DNA of 55,116 bases, the filler included, from Sphacelaria rigidula (lineage: Eukaryota), in NCBI GenBank assembly GCA_964200075.2. It is 5 parts of 5 records of this genome, joined end to end, with 100 filler letters (N's around TTAATTAATTAA, not from the genome) between each part and the next. Parts side by side here need not be neighbours in the genome. Positions count along the whole stretch, not along the records: positions 11,045 to 21,988 come from CAXNAA020005646.1; positions 22,089 to 33,032 come from CAXNAA020005647.1; 3 more parts are not named here. One strand, given 5' to 3'. This document shows, piece by piece, positions 12,500-25,285 of this stretch (positions within the stretch are counted from its first letter, which is position 1; each line of letters opens with the position of its first letter). Under the pieces are notes generated by a model that saw only the letters and a list, made by a program, of their open reading frames with translations, was not told the DNA's origin and ran no database searches. The position numbers were made by a program, and so were the translations under genes.

Positions 12500-12830
12500 G
12501 ACAGAACTGCGTGGTACGGTGGGCAACCGAGTTGCGTGCACGCTCATGGAAGGTGCAGTCTGTACAAAGCTGCACGTTGCTGAAGTCCTCTTCACGTCGC
12601 ATTGTAAGCAGGGAGAACTGATAGTCCTGGGCTGTCTGCACTGCATGTTGCCCGCTTCTCCTTCATATCCTCCTGAACGAAACACGCACACACGCACTCA
12701 AGACACCCTGCTTGCAAGCGGTGCAGACAGTACAGACTGTGTGTATTGTACACGAGTGACCATGTGCCACGTAACGAATTAGACTGCATTTTTGGATCGA
12801 AAGCTTGAACATCTATCTGGACCCAACTGC
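12500..12830 (-). repeat. Dispersed DNA-transposon-like repeat (family B)
   Basis: Reverse complement of 22400-22730 (cttgcaagcagggtgtc..., gcccaggactatca..., cttacaatgcgacgtgaa). Confidence 0.75.
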
Positions 12831-12894
12831 ATCAAAACGAGACTTTTTCGCTCATATTGATTCCACCGCTGCATTTTTTCGGTCGAAAAGACAG

Positions 12895-13405
12895 GCCCTA
12901 GACACAACAAGGCAACACCACACCTACACACCAAGCCCCGAAAAAGGCCTGGACACAACAGGCAACACCACACCTACATACCAAGCTCCGAAAAAACACA
13001 CACAGACACCTACCACTCACGCGCATCAGTTTCACTGCTAGCCCTTGCTAATCTATACACAACAGCTTTTGTTTGACAGCAAATTGAGCCGTAGCTGCTC
13101 ATCAGCTGTGCACCTCGTGCGTGCCTCGCTCAAATCTGTTCACAATTCATTGAGAAATTATGGTTTGTGTGAGACGCGCGCGCAGCACACGCTTACAAAA
13201 CGATCAGCAACGACACGTTTTCGGTTGTTTTTTACACGCACGCAGCCGCCATTCGTCCAATACAGAACGAATTTATGTCAAACAAAGACTGCCGTGTGTA
13301 TACTAGCAAGGGCTAGCAGTGAAACTAATGCGTGAGTGGTGGCTGTCTGTGCGTCTTATTTCGGGGCTGGGTGTGTAGGTGTTGTGTTGCCTTCTTGTGT
13401 CTTGT
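12895..13405. mobile_element. Foldback MITE with ~135-bp inverted arms; partial second copy at 14850-15135
   Basis: gacacaac..ggcaacaccacacctaca..cagtttcactgctagcccttgcta..tttgtttgaca pairs with tgtcaaacaaa..tagcaagggctagcagtgaaact..tgtaggtgttgtgttgcc..gtgtc. The left end has a ~51-bp tandem duplication. Confidence 0.75.
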
Positions 13406-13837
13406 CTGCAGCATTACACAGAACTTGGACCAGCTTGGACTAACGACCACTCACAGACCCGCCGCATTTCTCAACCTACGTGCAGATCTGGGTTCGTTGA
13501 ACATCTGTCGCCCCATCGCGGGTATGTTAACCAGCCATGAACACTGGAACGAGGAGTAACGAACCCCGTGCGAGATGGCGTTACCATGTGTTATAGGATA
13601 CTAAATATTCGCAATCGTCAAGTGATAGTATTCTGCCAAATCGATTCAATGATGTATAGATTGTTCTGCTTCGCATAGCGCCTCCAATTTTTTTGCCCTT
13701 TCTTACATTGGAATGGAGTTGAAAAGGGGAAGAAGAGACAGACGCCTTCAATGAAGAGCGATGGGACTCGCCTTCTTTGGCGGCATCTGAGCCGCCGGCG
13801 TGAAGGAAAGCGAGTGCTAGAGCTGTTAGAGCCCTTC

Positions 13838-13947
13838 TCAACCCTTAGACCGCGAAGCGGGTAATCCATCTGAATCACGCATTCTTTTTTCAAGTGAAAA
13901 TTGGTGCCGATTCAGCAGGACACCCCCCGTCGCGGTCTAGGGGTAAA
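13838..13947. mobile_element. piggyBac-type MITE, copy 2
   Basis: TCAA-CCCTTAGACCGCGA ... TCGCGGTCTAGGGG-TAAA, with a diverged interior. Confidence 0.75.
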
Positions 13948-14050
13948 GAAGGGGATTATCTACTTTTTCACAACCCCCTTTTGACAGGGCATTGGCCCCA
14001 TAACGACCAGTCCCCAGTCCTATCGACAGCCAGTTTTGTACAGATTCGAA

Positions 14051-14381
14051 GAGTCATCCTACGATAGAGGGGGGGGGGATTTTGGGCCACTTCTTGCACG
14101 AAATTCCAAGGCAAATCGCCGCTGAAATCAGGAACGGTTGCTTGAACGAGCTTTTCACAGATATATGACGCTAGTTCATACCAATGGACACCATTTTGAA
14201 CCAAATACAAGCGCATCGCGAGTGTTGCAGGTCATCTGACAAACTTATCAGCCTTTTTTTTCGTGCAACCAAATACCCCCCCCTATGCTCCGTCTCGAAA
14301 GGGATGCGTGGTCAATGGTCAAATGACTAAGGCAAGCAACAAATGAGTACGCCCCCCCCCCCCCCTATCGTAGGATGACTC
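14051..14381. mobile_element. MITE with TIR GAGTCATCCTACGATAG-polyG
   Basis: gagtcatcctacgatagaggggg (14051) versus ccccctatcgtaggatgactc (ends 14381). Internal 14286-14358 is nearly identical to 49282-49353. Confidence 0.75.
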
Positions 14382-14382
14382 A

Positions 14383-14830
14383 CTGGTTCAGCAAACCCGT
14401 GATAGGCCGACAACCGTTGAAGATGTCGGTTGTCTCTCTGGTGTGTTCATTTTGTGGCACAGACCGCGGGGTTATTACGCGATACCGTAATAAACAAAGC
14501 GAAACGAATGGGCAGGAGAATACGAGTAGATAAATGCAATTTTTTCATGACCCATGACGCACGGTACATCATTTCGCGCGGCGTTCGCTTTTTCATCCTC
14601 GAGTGCGTATGACTGGTTTAACAAATCCGTGATGAGGAGAGAGTTGTCAAAGATTTCGGTGGTTCCTCTGGTGCGTTCATTTTGCGGCACGCTGGTGCGT
14701 TTATTACCGCGAGATTGTGCGATACGGTAATAAACAGAGCTGAATGATTCGGCAGAAACGTATCACTTGATAAATGTGAATAATATGTTCCATATCTCAT
14801 GACGCATGGTAACATCATTTCGCGCGGGTA
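14383..14830 (+). repeat. Diverged ~230-bp tandem duplication
   Basis: ctggttcagcaaacccgtgat...ctctggtgtgttcattttg...catcatttcgcgcgg (from 14383) is repeated from 14613. Confidence 0.7.
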
Positions 14831-17772
14831 TTTATTGCTGGTCACTAGCTGAGAAATTTGTGCGCGTCCCTGCTCAAATCGGTTCAGAAGTCAGTGAGAA
14901 ATGATGATTTGCGTGAGACGCGCGCACAGCACACGCTCACAGTCAGCAACTGCACGTTTTCGGTTGCTATTTAACACGCACGCGGCCGCCTCTCACCCAA
15001 TACTGGACGGATTTCCGTTGAACAAAGACTGCCATGTGTGTAGATGATCAAGAGCTAGCGCTTGAGCTAATGTGCCTGAGTGGTGGGATGCTATGCGTGG
15101 GTTTCCGTGGCTCGGTGTGTCGGCGCTGTGTTACTGTCATGAAGGTGCATAGTAGCCTGTTGTCATGCCGCTTCAGACCCATTGTCGAAGTCTGGCTTTC
15201 GATAATATTGGGAATCCCAGTAGACAAGATTGCAGGTCTGTTCAGAGTTGGTCGGGTTTGGATGTGAGCTTGTATATTGGTAAACGATGGCGAGATAGAT
15301 CGGCTGGGATCGATTTAGCTCGCCCACCCTCTAGCACTATCAACTGCTCCTCTATTGCCTTCCAGCAAAAGAAGTCTAACTATCGGCGAGACGTATTGGG
15401 TTGAACTTGACTGATTGAGAGGGTACTGGAGTTAGAATCAAGATAATCAAGAGAGAAGTGAAGAACCTATTCGCGTGAACCTCGTCTGATATTGTGTTGA
15501 GCTGTGTTTAGCAGTGTACAGAGCGGTGCCAGCCTGACTGTGGTCCGCTGGCCTTGGAGCCTGTACCTTGGGCTACAACCTGTGTCCTTGCATTATACTG
15601 CCGCTTGCTCTTTATTACATCGGCGTTTGACTAAGGAGCTTCTTCTTTGGCTATTGCATTTCTTTCTTGTTCCGATTTGTATCCGTGGCCGCCAGCTGTG
15701 TACTCCAGCCTTTTGATCATTTGCCCCGTCTCCCTTCAGGACAGCTCTAGTCAAATCTACCGCCCAGGTAGTCAGTAGCTGTCGACCTTCTGCCCCGTGT
15801 GTGCCTCGGTAAAGTGTATTCGTGCCCTGCTACTTGCAATTGCTGTAGCGCTCGACGCCACATCTTGTGTGGTGAACGTGGGGTCAACGCGCACTGCTTG
15901 GTATTCTTGCCGTGCTGTCGCTTTGACATCATCTGCATAAGGCCCAACGGTATTAGTCCCGCCTGCACGACTTGTGAATCGTTTCGTGATTCACCAGCCC
16001 GACGCGACCACCGCACCAAGCCATCGTTGGCTCGTGTATATGGCCTTGTGGTCCCCTTTCCTTCTGCAGAATAGGTCTTTTACTACAGGTTTGTACAGAA
16101 CACCAGTGCACAAAGGCGCACTGTTGTTCATAGCCAGCCGCTATTCCTGACCTGAGCTCCTGCCAAGCCGGGACGCTGCTGCTCTTATTTTTCAGTATCG
16201 ATTGTACGAAACTGTTGTATCTTTCCTTCACGAAATTACTGAACAAGTACAGACCGTGTTCACACAGTGTGATAACGGACGTCTGTACACGAACTTTGGA
16301 TTGTTCCGGCACTTTACCTTCGTTGCACGTAGCGACCTTGTTGTTGTTGACAATTTCTACGATAGCCCCCCCCCGAAACCAGCTCAAAACTGTCACGAAA
16401 AAATGGTCATAGAGCGCCTGATGTTTGGGTTCAGGCTGCATGAGCATGAAGCGCCTCATATTGGCGACACTGGCTAGAACGAGCCCAAGCGTGGGAATGC
16501 TCAGCTTCTCGTTGTGTTCGGCTTTTCCCATTCTGATTTACGTGAAGATTTTGCCCCCCAAAACCATGCACTTCCTCGGGGGGGGGGCTATCGTAGAAAG
16601 TGTCTGTTGTAGCTTTAGCTTCATTGCTTGTGGCTACCTTGTTCTCGTTGTCCTCTTGTGTACTTCGCACAGCCGTAAGGCAACGCGGTACATCACCGTG
16701 GTAAGTAACAATACACAGCATAACGTACTGTGAGTTTTTCCTCCTTTGATCCCTTCTCGAACGAACAATTTTATTGTTCCGAGACGGTTTCGTTGAAATA
16801 CTACTAGTTGAAACATTTCAACCTCCGTTACGTGCTCATTTGAACAGACAGTACTCGAAATCGGTGCCCCTTGCCTGTGCACTACAATGTTTTCGGCACC
16901 CGCTCCCAGCGTTGCCCCTGTTGTGCATCACACCACCTTTGTTCCACATACATACGTTGTCTCAACTTCGTTGGATAACAAGCCTTCGCTCTGCACTACG
17001 CAGTCCGAGTTCGCGGTCTACAACCCAAGCTTTGTAAAAGCTTTTGTGCCGCCTGACGCTGCACAGTTTTCGTGCGTATCTGAGAAAATATATCTATATA
17101 TTTAGTTCTTTTCATTTGCACACCGCCAGTCGTTCCTCAACTTGTGCTGGGATCATACAGTTATAGTCTGCCCGTGACGCTACATCCGGAACACGTGTAA
17201 GTTGTTCTTCCACGTACCAACGCTGCTACAGACACTCGGGTCTTCGCTTGTCTTCGGCGACATACGCCTGTTCTGCGCACAACCCCGTCCTAGCTACTTC
17301 CGCCACAACTTGAATAAAGTTGTATTGATCAGACCCCGGATATAGTTGTTACAAACCGCAATTCGCTTGATATTACTCAAATAAATCAGCTCCCACGGTC
17401 CCCTCAGGCGCTATTAGGCTTCATTATCCAGTATTTTCAGGATCAAGCTTCGGCTTCTGCACGTAGGATCACCTGGTGTCACGCTCCTTTGATTAGAGCC
17501 GCAGACCAGACATACTGCACCTTCCTTTTTAAGCACAAAGGCTGCGTACGGCCATCATATCGCACAAAAATACCGCTGGCTCTTCCCCTCAATTGAGAAA
17601 CCAACCGCTTCGCCGGACCCGGAGTCAAACTACTGGCGGTTCGAAATCTTTCAAGATGAGCGGCACGCCACCTTCAACACATCGCCGCACGTATGCGAGC
17701 GCTGTTCGCTCTTCGGGATCTGAAGACCAACATTAGAGCGAAGCTCATTCTTCAACACTTCAAGACCAGACT

Positions 17773-20700
17773 TTGACGCCGAGACCTGTTCTCTCACGTT
17801 CCGACCCGGACTCAGAGAACATGGTAGTGCACCCGGCCGAGTCATTGGTTCCTGACGCGCATGTCAGTGAGCCCATAACGGTGGATTCCGTCGCACACCC
17901 CTCGCTGGCCCCTGCTCCCCCGAGTCCCAATGTGGAATCCGGAGTTAGGATTGTGCCCTCAGTCGAGTCGTTGCCCCTGGACACACGTGTCCAGCTCGGC
18001 CCTGTCACGGTTGCTTCAACCGTGGCACCCTGTCGCTTGACGGCTGACAACTCTCGAGACGATTCTGTCCCGACGAAGCGCATCGCTTTTGGAGCAAGGG
18101 ACTTTGTCACACGGGCTGCTTCCATTACGGACCCCCTTCGCACGACTCTTGATAGTCCCATGCGCCCTACTGCGCAGTCCAATGTCGGACCTACAGTTGC
18201 GGCCATGCATGCTGCCATGAAAACTCTGCATCGCACCTCCTCGGCGTCATCGCCATCGCCAGCGCCAGCTCTCATCGAGGCATTTGCGGCTTTTTGCCAC
18301 GCCACGCTTCAAGATCAGTCGGCGTCTGCTCATGTGCAATTCAATGATGATTCTGCACCTGCCACGCCCAAACCCGTACGTCTGGCGACCCGTTCGGCGA
18401 CATCGTCTCCATCGTTCGTCACTCATGATGAATTCAACGAACATGAGTCCAGCTCTTCCTCAACGTCGCAGCACAGCCATACTCGCGCTTCTGACCGGCG
18501 CCGCACACCGAGACTTGGTCATGACCATGTCTCCCGTTCTAGCAATTCTAAGGGCCACTCCCAGCAAAGCTTAAACTCATCGCGCGCTTCCACACGCCCG
18601 AAGAATATCGCTCATGAACACAAATATGAAGGCAGTTCGCGCCATAGTTCCAATTCATCCCGCGCTCCTAAGCGCCCGGTGAACACTAACCTTGGCCGTA
18701 CTCACGAGGATGCCTTGCGGCCCAGATAAAGTTCTTCGCGCGTTAACTCGCGCTTGAACAACTCCGATCATGCACCTTCGCGCATCTCTACTGCTCAGCC
18801 TTCGTCGCACAACCGTTATGTACTCAATGATAAGCATGCTGACGATATCCAAAACATATTTTCGGACATGTCACCGGCTCCGCGATCCTCACTTGCAGAA
18901 TCCGACCGCACTTCATCGCACAACCCACGACGACGCACTGACCGCGAGCCACCGTCCCGTTCCGACGCTGCGCTTGTTCGTTCTCTGCAACAACGTTTGA
19001 CAGACCTCGAACGGCAACTCGCAACAGCAACCATGAACACCAAGTGCACAACCGCTGCTGCCAAGCCACGAGGGAGACCACCAACGCCGCTCCCACTACC
19101 GCCGCAGCCGCCACTACCGCCGCAGTCACCACTACCGAGGCCACTGCGCCTTCTACCGCAGCCACTGTAGCCACGGCCCCAACTCCTGCTGCCGCCCAGC
19201 CTGCAGTAGATACTGATGCGGATAGTGGCCCCACCACTGCCCCTGTCGGGGACGTCTCCGTGCGCTCGCCTCCTTCGGTGGAAGATCTTCCTCCGCTCGG
19301 CGACGAGCATTGCCCCACCAGGCTTCTCTTGAGATTTTTCCAGGACCGCCCTCGAGCGGAACAAGAACAGCTCATTCAAGACTATAAGTATCAAGCCCCG
19401 GCACTAGCTCGCAATATACTAGACCAGCAACGCAATGCTGACGAGGCTCCCGCCCGCCTCCTTTTGGAGGAACATGCTGCAAAGTTGAAGGATTTTCAGC
19501 GACAGGCTTCACTTACCCAAGCCACATAGACGGCGGCTCGCAGGGCATTGCACGAAGGGCAGACTGCAGCCTTGACGGCACAAAGGAGGGTTCGCGAGCT
19601 ACAAGATCATGTTCGGCGCACTACGCAAGAAGAAGATTCGTCGATGGCGCAGGTGACTCAGCATCAAGCTTCCCCACCGCCTTCCGCCGACCACTTGCTT
19701 GAAACTCGACCTCCTCGACAGCCCACGAACACCAGATCGGACTACGTGATTCCACGTAACTCCGACAGGGCGTCATCTATCGCGGCCGTCGCCGCCCCCA
19801 CGCCGCCTCGTGCACCTGGCCCGGCGGTCACTGCCAGCCCTCCCACACGCTTGCAACTTGTGTCTCACGAACAAGACTGGCTTTCTCGTCCTGTCTCGAC
19901 CTATACCGGTCCCTTCGACCGGCGAAACCACCTGCACTGCTCCCCAACCGCATGGGCCTTGATATCCTAACGTATGTTTTACACGGTTGGGGTGTATGTC
20001 GAACAGAACGGCTTCCTCCCCAAGGCAGGTGTCTCGGTGCTCACCTTGGGCCAACTAGTTTTGCAGACTACCGTTGGCGATCACCGGGACCACCACACTT
20101 ACGTTGAAGCGGTAGAGGAACCTTTTGCGGCGCTTCGCGCTGCCTAAAACACTCATCCCGGCGCTACCCTCAGCGGAGACGAAGATGAAGATGGGTGGAC
20201 TCCCGCAACATCCACCTGCCGGGGACAGAAGAAAATCACCGGCGCGACGACGATGATACCGGTGGAGGGAATTCACGCCGCCTCCATGGCGGTGGAGGAT
20301 CTTCTTCAAGCAGTTCCGGACCGAACCGTCCGCCCCGCAAGCCGAAAGGCAAGCACACTGGAGGAAACTCTTCCGGATCATCCGCATCGGCCTGGAACCG
20401 GTCCGGTGCAGCTCTTCCCGCCTCGGGCTCGGAGACCCCCAGGCAAGTGGTTCCTAAGTTGGCCGATGTTCCGGCCCGCATTTTAGGTTTGTCCGATACG
20501 GATACACCTGACCGCCCTTTGTCCTCTACTGCAGCCCGCGCTTTAGCAACCGCCGCGGCTGACAAAGAACGTTCGGAAGCTAGCAAAAACGCAGCTCCCG
20601 ATAGAGCTGAGTCTACCCGAGTAGCTTCAATACAAAGACAGTATATTCAGATGGATGTGAAAAAACTCTGGCACATAAAAACCATGCCTGCCGCGGATAA

Positions 20701-21988
20701 CGAAGATTCGGGCCGGTTTACTTCTGCCCTCATCACGTCCATCCGCCGCACTGTTTGTAACATCCTTCACTTGGCGGATGTGACTGGCACACAACGTTTC
20801 GAAGATTCCGACTGGGTAGAGGGCTGGTAGACCTTCTTGCACAAAGCAATGCATCGATCGATCAGCCGCCGATCTCCCGACCTCGCTGCTTGTCTGACGC
20901 AGGTTCTCGACGGATTCCTCGCCGAGATGGACCCGGATTGTGCCAAGGGGAAGACAGGCCCGGTATTACTCTCTGATTTGGAGAGGCGTCTGATCTGTTA
21001 CTTCGATAAGAGTGACCAGGCTAGTGCCATCCAAAGGCTGAGTTCCTTTGTTGTCGCCTCTGATGTCCCTTTCGCGGACTATCTCCGCGAATTCAAGCTT
21101 TTGGTTTCGGGTACATCGGGAGTCGGACGTCAGAACGGACCGAGTGACGCAATGTGTCAGACTTACGTTCGCAATAGCGTTGCTCAACAGTATCCGGCTC
21201 TGATGCCGTCGTTGTTTCCGGGTGTCTTGGCGCATCGCGAGGTACCTTACGCCTCCGTTAATACTATGTGGTCTGCTTTTGTACACCAAGAAGGTAATCT
21301 AACGCCTGCCATACGTGGCAAACCTGCAACGTCTGTGCGTTCACAACCTACGGTTGTGTCCTCCGCTCATGCCCAAGGGGCTCGCGGCAGGAATTCGAGC
21401 TCGTCTCGCGCCTCATGGACCCCCGACTCAGTCGCCGGTTCAATTATGCATGTTCAGCGTACCAGAGATCCATTTAGCGCGAGTTTTGACGGTTGGCCGT
21501 TTTCCGAGGAAATTTCGGATGATGTTTATTTGACTTTAACAACAGCATTCATTACCGATGACCCCCATTTGTGGAACCCACTTCTTTCGTCTTCCGCTAG
21601 ACGCAATGCCTTCAGCAGTCATGCCAACAGTTGCATCGACTGTAGTGTTCAAGGCCACAGCATGCGCGACTGTGACAGTCTATGCATCAATGCCTTTGAT
21701 CTTATGAACCCTGAATTGCAGGACAATGAACCCGCGTGGCGCCGATGGCAAAAACGCATGCGCGATTATCGTCCACCTACTCGAAATTACCGCAGCAATT
21801 CGAACCAACGTGGCAACAAAAGCTCTCATCGCGGTCGCCGACACAACAACAATCACGGAAGCCCTCGCCAGAACGATCAAAATTCTCGCGACAACAAACG
21901 TTCCGCTGATAGACACCAGCGGACGGGACCGACACAAAGTTCTAATCCCAACACCAGAAACCCTGGTACCTTCACTTCGGATCGCTTA
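17773..21988 (+). pseudogene. Decayed, very long gag-like ORF1 of a retrotransposon (LTR or DIRS/Ngaro type), cut by contig end
   Basis: Chain of ORFs: 17773-18729 and 18754-19170 (same frame, one TAA), 19044-19529 and 19548-19970 (same frame, one TAG), 20195-20830 and 20837-21988 (same frame, one TAG). The N-terminal part is low-complexity S/T/P-rich, followed by a helical gag-like core (YLREFKLLVS..VAQQYPALMPSLFPG), an exact CX2CX4HX4C knuckle (CIDCSVQGHSMRDC) and an R/N-rich tail. Confidence 0.7.
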
Positions 21989-22088
21989 NNNNNNNNNNNN
22001 NNNNNNNNNNNNNNNNNNNNNNNNNNNNNNNNTTAATTAATTAANNNNNNNNNNNNNNNNNNNNNNNNNNNNNNNNNNNNNNNNNNNN
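21989..22088. other. Artificial contig spacer
   Basis: N44-TTAATTAATTAA-N44. Confidence 0.99.
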
Positions 22089-22144
22089 GGGAGCGGTTGA
22101 TTCTCATTTCAAAATACGTTCTCATTTTTCTGGCAACCCTGTTA

Positions 22145-24240
22145 ACAGTGGAGAGCGACTATGTCGTGAGTGCACACAGTTCGACTCCATGGTCGACGAG
22201 GGAAGGGATCGCTGAACCCTTCTCTCGGTGAAAAGAAAGGCAAGCACCGCAGAAAGAAGGTGGTGTGCTCAAAATAATTTGAAAAGAAAAACTCCTGTGT
22301 TAGCCTTCCTCTGCGCGAAAAAAGTATTTTCAGGGTCCGTCTTAGCACTTATCTTTTCGATCGAAAAAATGAGGCGGTGGAATTGATTCGAGCGAAAAAT
22401 TCTCGTTTTGATGCAGTTGGATCCGGACGGATTTTAAAGCTTTCGATCGAAGAAAGACAGTAAAAATCATGAAATGGTATACGGTCACTCGTGTACAGGA
22501 CAGACAGTCTGTACTGTCTGCACTGCTTGCAAGCAGGGTGTCTCGAGTGCGGGTGTGCGTGTTTCGTGCAGGAGGATAGAAAGCAGAAACGGGCAACGTT
22601 CAGTGCAGACTGCCCAGGACTATCAATTTTCTCTGCTTACAATGCGACGTGAAAAGGACTTCATTCAGCGACGTGCAGCTTTGTACTGCCTGCTGCACTG
22701 TTCATGAGCGTGCACGAAACTTGGTCTGCAGTTCACAGCGAAATGCTCAAGTCGAGCTGATTTGGTACACTTGAGGAGTAATGGTTGGAGATGCAAATGT
22801 GGCACTCTTTGTTGGCCAAGCCTGCACGGTCGACGAGGGAAAGGGACTGCTGAACTCCTCTCGCGAAAAAAATAAAGGCAAGCGCCGCAGAAGGAAGGTG
22901 AAGTACTAAAAACAAACAAAAAAAGAAACACTCCTGTGTTGACCTTCCTCCTGTGTGATCCCGGATGATGCGCCCACATATACCCAAAGGTGTAGACCGG
23001 CGTCCAGAATAGATGGAACGACAACACACACACTACACGAAGTTCGAGCATATGTGCCTTGACGCCAACCCCCAGAGTAGATGGGACGACAACATACACA
23101 GACAGTAGCGCAGCATAAAATTACCATCGCACCAGGATACGGCGTCAACACTTCTTTTCCGCTTGTCGAACCATGTGCGAAGCGCAGCTCTGCAAGCACA
23201 GACAGTTCAGCTGTGCAAGGTCGCACCTGTACACACGGGTGGCCACTGGGGTGCCTGCAACCTCAAATTTGAACGTTACAGCGTTCAAATTTGAGGTTGC
23301 AGGCACCCCAGTGGCCACCCGTGCAGTCTCCATTTGTCACCGTGGAAGCCGAGATACGTCTCCGCCGCCCGCGGACGTTGCGACCAGAAGCTCCCGTACG
23401 TTCACCGTTTGTCGACAGTCGACACACGGAGAGTAGTTCGAATCAATCAGATCACGTACTTCAACACCCCCCTCCCATCTCAGCCGGCAAGTGGCGGTGG
23501 GAAGGGGAGATCACGTGGCCGGTTGAACCACATATAGACATGAAACGTTTTGGCGTGGTGAGTGGGGATACAGGGGCGCCTCTTTTCTCGAGGAGATACA
23601 AGTTCATACTACAGTGGAGAGCGACTATGTCGTGGGTACACAAAGTTCCACTCTACGGTCGACGAGGGAAAGGGACTACTGAACCCCTGTCGCGATAAAA
23701 AATAAAGGCAAGCACCGCAGAAGGATGGTGGGGTACTAGAAACAAAAACAAAGAAAAAGCTCCTGTGTCGGCCTTTCTCCTGTGTGGACCCCGGCTGGTG
23801 CGCCCACATATGATCGTTTTGGCGTGGTGAGTGGGGATACAGGGGCGCCTCTTTTCTCGAGGAGATACAAGTCCATTCTACAGTGGAGAGCGACTATGTC
23901 GTGGGTACACAAAGTTCCACTCTACGGTCGACGAGGGAAAGGGATTACTAAACCCCTGTCGCGAAAAAATGAAAGGCGCACCAGGATACGGCGTCAACGC
24001 TTCTTTCCCGCTTGTCAAGCCCCGTGTGAAGCGAAGCTCTGCAAGCACAGACAGTTCAGCAGTACAAGGTCGCACCTGTACAGTCTCCATTTGTCACCGT
24101 GGAAGCCGAGATACGTCTCCGCCGCCCGCGGACATTGCGACCAGAAGCTCCCGTACGTTCACCGTGTGTCGACAGTCGACACACGGAGAGTAGTTCGAAT
24201 TAATCAGATCACGTACTTCAACACCCCCCTCCCATCCCAG
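22145..24240 (+). repeat. Cluster of SINE-like family copies plus local rearranged duplication, interrupted by a family-B element (22332-22730)
   Basis: The ggtcgacgagggaaaggga..gaaccc..tcgcga..aaggcaagcaccgcagaagga module recurs at ~22190, 22828, 23657, 23926 and 38030. 23130-23480 is duplicated at 23979-24239, and 23546-23695 is duplicated at 23815-23965. Confidence 0.75.
23234..23323. mobile_element. 90-bp perfect hairpin mini-transposon (CAC...GTG termini, 2-bp CA target duplication)
   Basis: Perfect 42-bp arms (23234-23275 and 23282-23323) with a 6-nt loop. The duplicate locus at 24072-24088 has the empty site gcacctgta-ca-gtctcc. Confidence 0.9.
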
Positions 24241-24765
24241 CCACGGACGGCGTCAACATGCACAAGCGAAGACAAAGAAGAAAGCAGCAATAAAGCCGAA
24301 CCTTCTTTAGGGTGTTTAAAGTGATTCGAAGAGCCGGTTGCTGCGTGTGATGCCTCCAACCTCCTAAAGTGCCTCGTTTCAAGTTGCGACAGTCAATGCT
24401 GAGAAGTTCAATCAAGACCAGCCGTAGTCAAAAGGGGTCGAGTTGGACTGTTCTTGAGACCGCTGACAGACAGAAGCGAAACACAACGTCATGAGCACCG
24501 ATGAAGCTGAAACTTGTTGAGGGCGTCTCGATTGATGAAAGAAGAGCAATGGGATGGTTTTTTCGCGCAGCGTGGCTTGAAATCCATTCGAGAGAAAAAA
24601 GTGCGTGGTGTTGGCCTTCGTTGTGAGAGCGAACGGATAGGATAGGATAGGACAGGACACTTGTTTAATTTCGGTCCAGTAGAACCCTTTTCGGCCTAGG
24701 GCCTCAAAGGGATTTCCACAAACAGTGCAGGGTCTTGTACATTTCCACTTATAATACAGGGTTTA

Positions 24766-25285
24766 GTACATTTCCGCATGTATCTAATGTTACTCAGTGA
24801 TATCGTGTAAAAAATCCGCAACATCTGGACGGACTGCAGGTGAGGTAATCACCAAAATATTCACCTGAAAACTCTGCTCCAGTGCACTGTAGGTTGATAT
24901 CGCTAGGACACTACCACAACCACGTTGCCGGCTGCCAGACATTTAGGACGTAGGATCCACTAGCATTGCTACTGGGGATGTCGCCCCCCTGCCGGGTACG
25001 TGGGGAAGGGTCCGTGGCAGAACGCAGTGGTCGCGGCAAGCAGCTATACGCTGGGCGTTCTCACTCAAGACTTCGATCTGGAGGAAGACACAAGATAGGC
25101 AGGAGCAACTTCTGTGTGTCCGGGTGCCCCTTGGAGCAGGATGCGTTTGGTTGGTGTTTGACAAAGTTTCCCCCCCAAAACCAAAATCAATGAGGTTTCA
25201 ACGATGGAATAATGTAGCAAAAAACCGGTCAGCCGATTTTTTTACCCGGAGCAGAGACCAAACATACGAAGTGGAATTGGAATTA
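24766..25285. repeat. Dispersed repeat (family C), also at 44324-44886
   Basis: Colinear similarity over ~500 bp (gtacatttcc..taatgttactcagtga..gccggctgccagac..gctgggcgttctcactcaagacttcg..gtggaattggaatt). Confidence 0.8.

Noticed and set aside
15750..16531. ORF 15953-16531 as a hAT-like transposase remnant
   Set aside because: No diagnostic motif recognised with confidence.
16774..17075. Tyrosine recombinase remnant (TLHSFR) upstream of the gag-like ORF
   Set aside because: Only an HxxR-like 4-mer after a stop codon, with no downstream GxW or catalytic Tyr pattern.
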